Source of the DNA: Methanocaldococcus jannaschii DSM 2661
GTDB taxonomy: Archaea > AGJL01 > Methanococci > Methanococcales > Methanocaldococcaceae
Length of the DNA: 32,000 nt
Assembly (NCBI RefSeq): GCF_000091665.1
Contig: NC_000909.1
Coordinates: 1,374,118 to 1,406,117, forward strand
Direction of reading: 5' to 3'
Shown here: piece after piece, positions 1-8,003 of the stretch
Position numbering within the stretch: position 1 is the first letter of the stretch
Layout: every line of letters starts with the position of its first letter
The notes under the pieces: generated by a model
Database searches by the model: none
What the model was told of the DNA's origin: nothing
Seen by the model: only the letters and a program-made list of their open reading frames with translations
Translations under genes and position numbers: made by a program

Positions 1-584
1 CAGTTCCTGAGAGGTTGTGTGCTATTGGTCTAACTATAGAGGAAGCTGAAGAGATGTTTAAAAAATACAATATAGAAGTTGAGAAAGAGGGAGATTTAGA
101 AAATGCAATTGTTGTTGAACAGGAGCCAGAATATACCTTAGATGTATTAAAGGAAAAGAAAGTTAAAATTAGAGGATTGGATAAGAACAAAATAATCGTT
201 ATAGAGTTGTTTGAAGATAAAGCTCCAATTACAGCATGGTATTTCAGAAAAACTACTGGATTAACAACAAAGAGAGTTGGAAAGCTTCATGTATATTTCA
301 AACATAAGGATATTGTAATGTTTAAAGGGAATCCTGAGTATGCTAAAGGCTTGTTGCCTGAAAACATCCCAACGGATAAAGTTGAACCCTGCTCTATTGG
401 AGTAACAAACATGGTTAGTAGGTATAAGGGAATGATTGGGGTTAGATTGGGAGAGAGTGATAAATTCGGTCCTACTGGAGAAAGCTTTGAAAAAACAAAT
501 ATTGTTGGAGGAATAGTTGAAAATGCAGAGTATTTAAAAAATGTAAAAACTGGAGATGATGTTTATGTATTGCTAAAAAAGTAA
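1..584 (+). CDS. C-terminal part of a conserved methanogen protein (UPF0288 / methanogenesis-marker-3-like); the 5' end lies outside the window
   Basis: The frame is open from the window edge (gtt cct gag agg precede the track's TTG at 15 with no stop), so the gene is 5'-truncated. Stop codon at 582-584. The motif [21 protein letters not shown] resembles the cyclophilin-fold signature. The family name is from memory of the MJ1412 neighbourhood. Confidence 0.6.
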
Positions 585-587
585 TTC

Positions 588-599
588 TTTAATTTTTTT
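588..599 (+). terminator. Oligo-T tract (T7 at 593-599) in the 22-bp gap between convergent genes
   Basis: The sequence tcttt aa ttttttt follows the stop directly. Archaeal RNA polymerase terminates at oligo-T runs. Confidence 0.35.
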
Positions 600-606
600 A
601 ATTTTA

Positions 607-909
607 TTATCCATCTTCTTCAACAACAACCGCAGTTCCATAGATGCCAACCATTATCATGTCTCCTTTTTCTCCAACCATTGCATAATTTGAGTTAATC
701 CCAATAATTGCATTAGCTCCTAATTTCTTTGCATTATCTACCATTCTAATTAGGGCAGTATCCTCCGACTCCCTTAATGCCCTTTCATACGCATCTTTAA
801 CATCTTCATAATACTTAACAGTAACATAAACTGATGCAACCCCATGCACAAAGCCCAAATATTTGATTATCTTTTTTCCTTCAATATAAGGAGTTGTGGT
901 AGTTATCAT
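607..909 (-). CDS. YbjQ/UPF0145-family small protein (putative heavy-metal-binding domain)
   Basis: The protein begins [14 protein letters not shown] and has the family-typical length and pattern (GANAIIG, G.AV). The track start (GTG at 918) lies in a GGGTGGGTGGG SD-like run. The ATG at 909 follows it with 5-nt spacing, so I prefer 909. Confidence 0.75.
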
Positions 910-968
910 CCCACCCACCCAAAAACAAATAAGTTAATAAAACTAAATAATGATGTTAATAACCTATG

Positions 969-1685
969 TTAGTTATATATACTTAAATCTTCTGGTATTG
1001 AGAAGTCAAAATCTTTGTTGATATCTTTAATCTCCGTTTCTATAACTATAACTCCATCTAAGTTTCCTTTACTTGAAGTTCCATACAATTTTCCTTTTTT
1101 AATAACTTTTATTGGAGTTCCATACTTATCTAATATAATAACTACTTCCTCTTCAGAGATTTTTAGATTTATTCCTGGGATTTTTATCCCTCTGTAGAAG
1201 AAAGGATTTAATTGTTTTTCAGCATTTTCATCCTTTAACCTTATAATATAATGATTGTTTTCTTCCTCAATTTTTATGTCATTTTTTTCAATTAAGTCTT
1301 TTATATAAGCTAATATATTCCACGTGTGATTGCTTAAATCATTATTTGTTATTTTCTGCCATTTTCCCTCTAATTTTATAAACGTTCCTTCCTCATTTAC
1401 ATAAAAAGGAATTGTCTCATTCCTACCATTAAAGTATCTAACTGTATAATAAACATGTATAATCCCTTTTGATAACTTTCCATCACTGTATCCGTCAATA
1501 TCCATTTTCATATTAACCTTATTTATTGCTGGATTTGAAACACTAAGGTTTATAAACACTTTTGCGTTATAAGAAAATGTGTTAATTTCATCAATCTTTT
1601 TAATTATCTCTTCCTTACTTATCTCTTTATTTAAACAACCGCTGAATGTTATAGTTAATAAAACCAAAAATATTGCCCACCTCAT
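969..1685 (-). CDS. Putative secreted lipoprotein (signal peptide plus lipobox-like ...TFSGC)
   Basis: MRWAIFLVLLTITFSGC is a classic signal peptide with a Cys after the hydrophobic core. The rest of the protein is hydrophilic. The track GTG at 1694 is part of the SD AAGGTG, and the ATG at 1685 lies 6 nt downstream. Confidence 0.65.
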   Translation of the reverse strand: MRWAIFLVLLTITFSGCLNKEISKEEIIKKIDEINTFSYNAKVFINLSVSNPAINKVNMKMDIDGYSDGKLSKGIIHVYYTVRYFNGRNETIPFYVNEEGTFIKLEGKWQKITNNDLSNHTWNILAYIKDLIEKNDIKIEEENNHYIIRLKDENAEKQLNPFFYRGIKIPGINLKISEEEVVIILDKYGTPIKVIKKGKLYGTSSKGNLDGVIVIETEIKDINKDFDFSIPEDLSIYN

Positions 1686-1769
1686 AGGTGACACCTTAAA
1701 GAGAATACATAATAAATATATTACAACTGATGTATTTAAATCTTTATATCAAAATGAAGGGTGAAACTA

Positions 1770-2873
1770 ATGGAATTAACACCATGGGAAACTCCAGCAG
1801 TTATTGATTACAAAAAGACGATGGAGCAGTTTGGAGTTAAGCCAATAGTTGATGTTTTAGGAGATTTGAAAGAGGAACATCATTTCTTCAGGAGGAATAT
1901 TATATTGGGGCATAGGGATTTTGAGAGAATAGTTGATGCAATAAAAAATAACAAAGAGTTTGCAGTTGTTAGTGGAATGATGCCTTCTGGTAAAATGCAT
2001 TTTGGGCATAAAATGGTGGTAGATTTATTAAAGTTTTATCAAAAATACACTGACAATATAAACATCCCAATAGCTGATTTAGAGGCATATTGGGCAAGAA
2101 ACATGAGCTTTGAAACAACAAAAGAACTTGCTTTAAATGAGTATATAACCAACTACATAGCTCTTGGCTTAGACCCAGAAAAAATTAATGTGTATTTACA
2201 ATCAAAATATCAAAAGGTTAAAGATTTGGCTTTAATTTTATCTAAAAGAACAAATTGGAGTGAGATGAAGGCAATTTATGGATTTAAAGGAGAAACAAAC
2301 ATTGGACACGTCTTTGCCCCAATAGTTCAAGTTGCTGATATTTTACATCCTCAACTTGATGAGAACTTAAGTCCAGAACCAAAACCCGTTGTTGTTCCAG
2401 TAGGAATTGACCAAGACCCGCATATAAGATTAACAAGAGATATTGCAAATAGAGCTAAGGAGTTTAAGTTTATTCCTCCATCTTCAACCTATCACAGATT
2501 TATGACTGGATTGTTAGGAGGAAAAATGAGTTCTTCAAAGCCAGAGACAGCAATATTTTTGACTGATGATGAAAAAACTGTTAAAAAGAAAATATTCTCA
2601 GCAAAAACTGGGGGAAGAGAGACTTTAGAAGAGCATAAGAAGTATGGGGGAGTTCCAGAGGAATGTGTTGTTTATGAGTTGTTTTTATATCACTTAATCT
2701 TAGATGATAAGGAATTAGCTGAAATATATCAAAAATGTAGAAGTGGAGAACTAACTTGTGGTAAATGCAAAAAAATGGCTTATGAAAGAGTTGTAGAGTT
2801 TTTAAAAGATTTGAAGGAGAAGAGAGAGCAAGCAAAGGAAATTGCTGTAAAAATCTTGGAAGGAAAGTATTAA
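1770..2873 (+). CDS. trpS: Tryptophanyl-tRNA synthetase (archaeal/eukaryotic-type class I aaRS)
   Basis: Class I motifs are present: PSGKMHFGH (HIGH-like) and KMSSSKP (KMSKS-like). The length is about 367 aa. It differs from the known 306-aa M. jannaschii TyrRS. The SD AAGGGTGA at 1757-1764 favours the ATG at 1770 over the track GTG at 1761. Confidence 0.85.
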   Translation: MELTPWETPAVIDYKKTMEQFGVKPIVDVLGDLKEEHHFFRRNIILGHRDFERIVDAIKNNKEFAVVSGMMPSGKMHFGHKMVVDLLKFYQKYTDNINIPIADLEAYWARNMSFETTKELALNEYITNYIALGLDPEKINVYLQSKYQKVKDLALILSKRTNWSEMKAIYGFKGETNIGHVFAPIVQVADILHPQLDENLSPEPKPVVVPVGIDQDPHIRLTRDIANRAKEFKFIPPSSTYHRFMTGLLGGKMSSSKPETAIFLTDDEKTVKKKIFSAKTGGRETLEEHKKYGGVPEECVVYELFLYHLILDDKELAEIYQKCRSGELTCGKCKKMAYERVVEFLKDLKEKREQAKEIAVKILEGKY

Positions 2874-4228
2874 AATTTCTTTTTTCTCTCTTTTAACAAT
2901 TCAACAACAAAATCTTTCTTTTTAATAGCTTCATCACATGCTCTCCTAACTTTCTCCTTCATCTCCTCAAAATCTCCAGGTTTTCTCTCACCAACAACCT
3001 TTTTAACTGGCGTATATGCGGATTCTCTAAACATTGGTTTTAATGGGATTTTTTTATTTCCATCAACTAAATAACTCTCCTCTCCCTCCTCAACATATCC
3101 AACTTCTATAGCTCCAGTAACCTTTTTTATATCATCAGCATACTCTTCAGGGCAGATAATCATTAAAGAATCTGTTGAAACTCCTAATGGGTCTATATTC
3201 AATACCTCAAGCATCTCTAAAACCTTTGGATTGATTGTTTTATAAACCTTCTCTTTATCAAATATTAAAGAGACCTTAGCTGTTTTTGAAATTTCATAAG
3301 CATCTCCTCTTAAACCGCCATTTGTGACATCTGTCATTGCGTGAATCTTTTTAATTAAACCGCTTCTAATCAAATTCTGACATGCCTTTATAAAATCCAC
3401 ATTTAAAGTTTCATAAATCACGTCAAACCATCCATAATACAGGGCAGTTGTTGTTATCGTCCCTCCTCCACTACCCTCTGTCATCAAAATAACATCTCCA
3501 ACTTCAGCGTTTCTTCTTGCTGTTGGTTCTCCCTCTTTAATAACTCCTATTGCACCAACAGCACTAACCAACCTATCTCCAATTACCATATCCCCTCCAA
3601 CTCTCAGCGTGCTTCCTCCTATTAAAGGAACATTAACAGCCTCAGAAACAGCACAAATTCCAGCTGTGAAGTCAAATATCTTCCCTACATCTCCATCATC
3701 AGCTAAATGCACATCACTAATTAAAGCAACCGCCTCAGCTCCCATGACATAGATATCTCTTAAAGCAGCTCTTGTTACATGAAAACCTCCTAAAAATGGG
3801 AAATCACTAAGCCTTGAGTGAGTTCCATCTATTGCCGCAACTATGTATTTAGCATCAGCTCTAACAATCCCTGCATCATCTTGCTCTTCAGCTGAAACAT
3901 AGGCTTTAACTTTAGTGCTTTTAACAATCCTTGCTATTTCTCTATGAACAAAGAAATCTCCTTCTCCTCTACTACCAACTCCCATTCTTCCCATTGTTAC
4001 TCCAGATTTTGGATATTTTAGTAGAGTTTTTAAATTCTCATCATCAATCTCTCTAAATTTTTCAGTTGTCTTTACCTCCTCTAAAATTGCCTTTATAAAC
4101 TTTTTTGCAAACTCCTCATCTACATCTTCTTTAATCTCTAAAATTCTCTTAAACCCATCCTCAATAATCTTATTTTCTGGGATTTTTTTTCTTAGGCATC
4201 TTCTAACATATCCTTCTAAATCCATCAT
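2870..4228 (-). CDS. PurM/AIR-synthase-related ATP-binding protein (ThiL/HypE/SelD superfamily) with an extra ~80-aa N-terminal domain
   Basis: The motifs DDAGIVR...AAIDGTHS, GGSTL and TDVTNGGLRGD are typical of the PurM-like fold. The stop overlaps the trpS stop by 4 nt (convergent genes). Confidence 0.7.
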   Translation of the reverse strand: MMDLEGYVRRCLRKKIPENKIIEDGFKRILEIKEDVDEEFAKKFIKAILEEVKTTEKFREIDDENLKTLLKYPKSGVTMGRMGVGSRGEGDFFVHREIARIVKSTKVKAYVSAEEQDDAGIVRADAKYIVAAIDGTHSRLSDFPFLGGFHVTRAALRDIYVMGAEAVALISDVHLADDGDVGKIFDFTAGICAVSEAVNVPLIGGSTLRVGGDMVIGDRLVSAVGAIGVIKEGEPTARRNAEVGDVILMTEGSGGGTITTTALYYGWFDVIYETLNVDFIKACQNLIRSGLIKKIHAMTDVTNGGLRGDAYEISKTAKVSLIFDKEKVYKTINPKVLEMLEVLNIDPLGVSTDSLMIICPEEYADDIKKVTGAIEVGYVEEGEESYLVDGNKKIPLKPMFRESAYTPVKKVVGERKPGDFEEMKEKVRRACDEAIKKKDFVVELLKERKKKF

Positions 4229-4308
4229 ATCACCATAACTAAAAATTATAAATATAAGATTATGATATTATGATAAGGCATCTTCCTTTTAATAGTAACT
4301 AAAAATTT

Positions 4309-4323
4309 AAAAGATTTATATAT
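4309..4323 (+). promoter_or_regulatory. Candidate BRE/TATA box for lon
   Basis: aaaag + atttatatat matches an archaeal purine-rich BRE plus a TTTATATA-like TATA box. It is centred about 43 nt upstream of the ATG at 4361, which leaves room for a short leader carrying the SD AAGGTG at 4350-4355. Confidence 0.4.
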
Positions 4324-4360
4324 GTCAATATATTTACAGAGATTTTTATAAGGTGTTAAT

Positions 4361-6310
4361 ATGTTTTCAATAAAATTTAAAACTACTGAGGAATTGCCAG
4401 AACCATCACCAAGGTTAATTGACCAAGTTATTGGACAAGAGGAAGCTGTAAAAATTGTTTTGTCTGCTGTAAAAAATAAGAGAAATGTTATTTTATTAGG
4501 AGACCCTGGAGTAGGAAAATCAATGATAGTTAAAGCAGTTGGAGAAATTTTATCTGATTTTGGTGAATTTACTCCTTATTATGTAATTGCAAAACCAAAT
4601 TTAAAGAATATGGAGAGACCAATAGTTGAGGTTATAGATGGAGAGTATAAAGAAGACTCAAAAGACATGCCAAAATTGGATTTTAAAGCTCCAAGCTCAA
4701 CAACTTTACTTCTAATAATGATTGGTGCTATACTACTGTCAGAATATCTTTTAAAATATTTACCACAAAATTACTTACTGGCAGCTGTAACCATAACTGC
4801 TCTAATAGTTTTAATCTTTGGATTTGTAATTATTTTAACAAGCATAATGGGGGCTTCAAGGGCTTCAATGCCAAATAATCTAAATCCAATGGATTTAAAG
4901 CCAGTCCTCTTATATGAATGTAAAAAAAGACCTCTTGTAAGAGCAAGTGCTTACAACGTAACAAGGTTGTTAGGGGATATAAAACACTGTCCATTAGGTG
5001 GAAGACCTCCATTAGGAACTCCTCCACATAAGAGGATTATATTAGGAGCTATTCACGAGGCACACAGAGGAATTTTATACGTTGATGAAATAAAAACAAT
5101 GCCTTTGGAAGTTCAGGACTACATTTTAACTGCTCTACAAGATAAACAACTTCCAATAAGTGGGAGAAATCCAAATTCAAGTGGAGCCACTGTAGAAACA
5201 AACCCAATACCATGTGACTTCATCCTAATAATGTCTGGAAACATGGATGATGTTTATAATTTGAGAGCTCCACTGTTGGATAGGATTGACTATAAGATAG
5301 TTTTAAAGAATAAAATGGACAACACCCTAGAAAATAGGGATAAGTTATTACAGTTTATAGTTCAAGAGATAAAGAACAACAACTTAAACCCAATGACTTA
5401 CGATGGATGTTGTGAAGTTGTCAGAATTGCTCAATACTTGGCAGGTTCAAAGGATAAATTAACTTTAAGGTTAAGATTGCTTGCAAATATTATAAAAATG
5501 GCAAATGATGTAGCTATGGGTAAAGATGTTGAAGAATTATTGGGCAATTTTGATGATAAGGGAGAATATCATCCAGAAACTCAAAAAGATAAAAGTAACA
5601 AGGTATATATAACTGCAGAACACGTGAGAAAGGTATTTGATACTGGAATTTACAGTATGGAAAAACAGGTGGCATTAAACTACATCAAAAACTTCAAGAG
5701 ATACAAGCATATTGTGCCAAATGATGAACCAAAGGTTGGAGTTATATACGGCTTAGCTGTATTAGGAGCTGGAGGAATAGGGGATGTAACAAAGATTATT
5801 GTTCAAATATTAGAATCAAAAAACCCAGGAACTCATCTATTAAATATTTCTGGAGATATTGCAAAGCATTCAATAACTTTAGCTTCAGCATTGTCAAAAA
5901 AATTAGTAGCTGAGAAGAAACTTCCTCTACCTAAGAAAGATATTGACTTAAATAATAAAGAGATATATATCCAATTCAGTCAGTCATATTCAAAGATTGA
6001 TGGGGATAGTGCTACAGCTGCAGTTTGTTTAGCTATAATATCTGCTTTATTAGACATTCCATTAAAACAGGACTTTGCAATAACTGGAAGCTTAGATTTA
6101 AGTGGGAATGTTTTAGCTATTGGAGGAGTTAATGAGAAGATAGAGGCAGCTAAGAGATACGGGTTTAAGAGGGTTATTATTCCAGAGGCAAACATGATAG
6201 ATGTTATTGAAACAGAGGGAATAGAGATTATTCCTGTAAAAACCTTGGATGAGATAGTTCCTCTTGTATTTGATTTGGATAATAGGGGGGGGGCAGAAAG
6301 ATTTAACTAA
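4361..6310 (+). CDS. lon: Archaeal membrane-anchored Lon protease (LonB type)
   Basis: Walker A is LLGDPGVGKS and Walker B is GILYVDEI. Two hydrophobic helices (STTLLLIMIGAILLSEYLL and LLAAVTITALIVLIFGFVIILTSIMG) are inserted in the AAA+ module. The protease Ser-Lys dyad context is KIDGDSATAA ... GGVNEKIEAAKR. Confidence 0.92.
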   Translation: MFSIKFKTTEELPEPSPRLIDQVIGQEEAVKIVLSAVKNKRNVILLGDPGVGKSMIVKAVGEILSDFGEFTPYYVIAKPNLKNMERPIVEVIDGEYKEDSKDMPKLDFKAPSSTTLLLIMIGAILLSEYLLKYLPQNYLLAAVTITALIVLIFGFVIILTSIMGASRASMPNNLNPMDLKPVLLYECKKRPLVRASAYNVTRLLGDIKHCPLGGRPPLGTPPHKRIILGAIHEAHRGILYVDEIKTMPLEVQDYILTALQDKQLPISGRNPNSSGATVETNPIPCDFILIMSGNMDDVYNLRAPLLDRIDYKIVLKNKMDNTLENRDKLLQFIVQEIKNNNLNPMTYDGCCEVVRIAQYLAGSKDKLTLRLRLLANIIKMANDVAMGKDVEELLGNFDDKGEYHPETQKDKSNKVYITAEHVRKVFDTGIYSMEKQVALNYIKNFKRYKHIVPNDEPKVGVIYGLAVLGAGGIGDVTKIIVQILESKNPGTHLLNISGDIAKHSITLASALSKKLVAEKKLPLPKKDIDLNNKEIYIQFSQSYSKIDGDSATAAVCLAIISALLDIPLKQDFAITGSLDLSGNVLAIGGVNEKIEAAKRYGFKRVIIPEANMIDVIETEGIEIIPVKTLDEIVPLVFDLDNRGGAERFN

Positions 6311-6701
6311 TAAAATATTAGATGAAATAAAGAAATTATATGAGCAACTTGATGAGATTAAAGATAAAAATATCAACTCTTCCAATGTTCAATTAAACGA
6401 ATTTATGAGGCAAAATGTAAATATGTTAAAAGAGCTAAATCAAAAAATTGATAAATATCTTGAAAATAATAATGAAATTTTAAAAGAAATGGAGAAATAT
6501 GTTAAAGAAGACATAGAACATAAAAATAGAATGGAAAGAAAATTAAAACAAATATCTATGCTATTACTCATAGTAATAATTGCAATAGGTCTTACAATTA
6601 GCTATATGGTAATATTAAATAATGAATATTTATCTACCCAGCTTTTTAATTATATACAAATAGCTATTCAATATTTAAAATCACTATTATCTAATTATTA
6701 A
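6264..6701 (+). CDS. Coiled-coil protein with a C-terminal transmembrane helix; start uncertain
   Basis: A heptad-rich region (KILDEIKKLYEQLDEIK...) is followed by the TM segment ISMLLLIVIIAIGLTISYMVIL. The only starts are a TTG at 6264, which overlaps lon by 47 nt, or an ATG near 6405. The coding-like sequence begins right after the G9 tract at 6285-6293. Confidence 0.45.
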   Translation: MYLIWIIGGGQKDLTNKILDEIKKLYEQLDEIKDKNINSSNVQLNEFMRQNVNMLKELNQKIDKYLENNNEILKEMEKYVKEDIEHKNRMERKLKQISMLLLIVIIAIGLTISYMVILNNEYLSTQLFNYIQIAIQYLKSLLSNY

Positions 6702-6725
6702 CTTAATATTTAAATAAGGGCTACT

Positions 6726-7019
6726 ATGGATGAAAAGGAAATAGAGGAGAGGTTTGAAGTATTGAGTAAAAAAATTTTAGAATTAGAGAAGAGAGTAGAT
6801 GCAAAACTAAAAGAAAATGAGAAAAAATTAGATGAAAAAACTAATAAAATATTAAAACAAGAGGCGTTGTTAGCTTTAGGAATATACATAAAAACCATGG
6901 AGGATTTAAAAAGAAACCTAAAAATAATCCGCATTAATATCATAATCTTAGGGATTTTAATTGTATTTCTTTATATAACGGTTATAATCTTGATGTTGAA
7001 ACTAATAAAAATATTTTAA
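6726..7019 (+). CDS. Small tail-anchored coiled-coil membrane protein
   Basis: An SD-like AAGGG lies 7 nt upstream of the ATG. A charged coiled coil ([32 protein letters not shown]) is followed by the C-terminal TM segment [22 protein letters not shown]. Confidence 0.5.
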   Translation: MDEKEIEERFEVLSKKILELEKRVDAKLKENEKKLDEKTNKILKQEALLALGIYIKTMEDLKRNLKIIRINIIILGILIVFLYITVIILMLKLIKIF

Positions 7020-7027
7020 GTGAGATT

Positions 7028-7573
7028 ATGGACAAAAAGCAATTTATTAAAATATGTAGAAAATTGTATGATAGGAAATATGTTGTAGGTAGTGGAGGCA
7101 ATGTATCAGTTAAAGAGGGGGATAAAATATATCTGACTCCAACTGGCTCTATTTTAGGGTTTTTAAAGGAAGATGATATAGCTGAAATGGATTTGGATGG
7201 TAATGTTATAAAAGGAAAACCTACATCAGAAAAAAATCTCCACTTAATGATTTATAGAAAAAGAAATGACATAAACGCAATAATCCACACTCATTCACTT
7301 ATATCAACTTTTTTATCGACAATAAACAAAGAAATAGAACTTTTAACACCAGAAGGAAAAATATTTTTGAAGAAAATTGGTTATGTTGATTACTATGAGG
7401 CAGGTAGTTTAAAATTAGCTGAAGAAACAGCAAAAAGAGATGAGGACGTTATTATATTAAAAAATCATGGAGTAGTTTGTTTAGGTAAAGATTTGATAGA
7501 TGCATATATAAAAGTGGAGGTTTTAGAAGAACAAGCTAAACTTACACTTTTAAACCTTCTTGTAAAGAAATAG
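7028..7573 (+). CDS. fucA: Class II aldolase/adducin-family protein (L-fuculose-1-phosphate aldolase-like)
   Basis: GSGGNVS is the phosphate-binding motif and IIHTHS is the zinc-His motif. The 181-aa length is typical of archaeal FucA-like aldolases. Confidence 0.8.
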   Translation: MDKKQFIKICRKLYDRKYVVGSGGNVSVKEGDKIYLTPTGSILGFLKEDDIAEMDLDGNVIKGKPTSEKNLHLMIYRKRNDINAIIHTHSLISTFLSTINKEIELLTPEGKIFLKKIGYVDYYEAGSLKLAEETAKRDEDVIILKNHGVVCLGKDLIDAYIKVEVLEEQAKLTLLNLLVKK

Positions 7574-7588
7574 TGGGGATTTTTAAAT

Positions 7589-7870
7589 TTATTTAACTCT
7601 TTCTAATTCACTAACAATACTCCAAATTTGTGTTCTTGTGTGAAGTGGCATGTTTGGGTCGTTGCTAATCTCATCTAAGATGTGGATTGCTGTTGCACTT
7701 CTAACGATTGGCTCCTCCCCCTCTTTTAAAACAGCTTCTTTAGCCTTTTCAGCAGCAGCTCTAATGTTTCTTGGAACGGTTGTATCGTTAATTATCTCAT
7801 CCAACATCAAAGCAACTCCTTTTAATATTTCCTCAGGTGTTTTCTCACTCGCTGCACTACCAAATACCAT
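7589..7870 (-). CDS. Small conserved archaeal helical protein (UPF0147-like)
   Basis: The SD GGAGGTGA lies 5 nt upstream of the ATG at 7870, and the protein begins MVFGSAASEK. The track start at 7894 precedes the SD. The protein is about 93 aa with helical, HEAT-like sequence (PRNIRAAAEKAKEAV). Confidence 0.65.
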   Translation of the reverse strand: MVFGSAASEKTPEEILKGVALMLDEIINDTTVPRNIRAAAEKAKEAVLKEGEEPIVRSATAIHILDEISNDPNMPLHTRTQIWSIVSELERVK

Positions 7871-8003
7871 AACTCTCACCTCCAAACAAAGCATTATATA
7901 ATATATTTAAAAGAGAATTATTTAAAATTAGTATTAATATTATTGTTTATGGGTTTTAACTATTTATTACTTTAGGAGATATTTAGGTTTATCGGTGAAA
8001 TTT

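Noticed and set aside
7995-8003. GTG at 7995 as the glmS start (MKFMCGIIG...).
   Set aside because: Class II amidotransferases need Cys as the mature N-terminal residue. In addition, the GTG is itself part of the SD GGTGA that serves the ATG at 8004.
7895-8003. Possible glmS ribozyme or riboswitch in the glmS leader.
   Set aside because: The leader is short, extremely AT-rich and shows no conserved helices. The glmS ribozyme is a bacterial element, and I see none of its core sequence.
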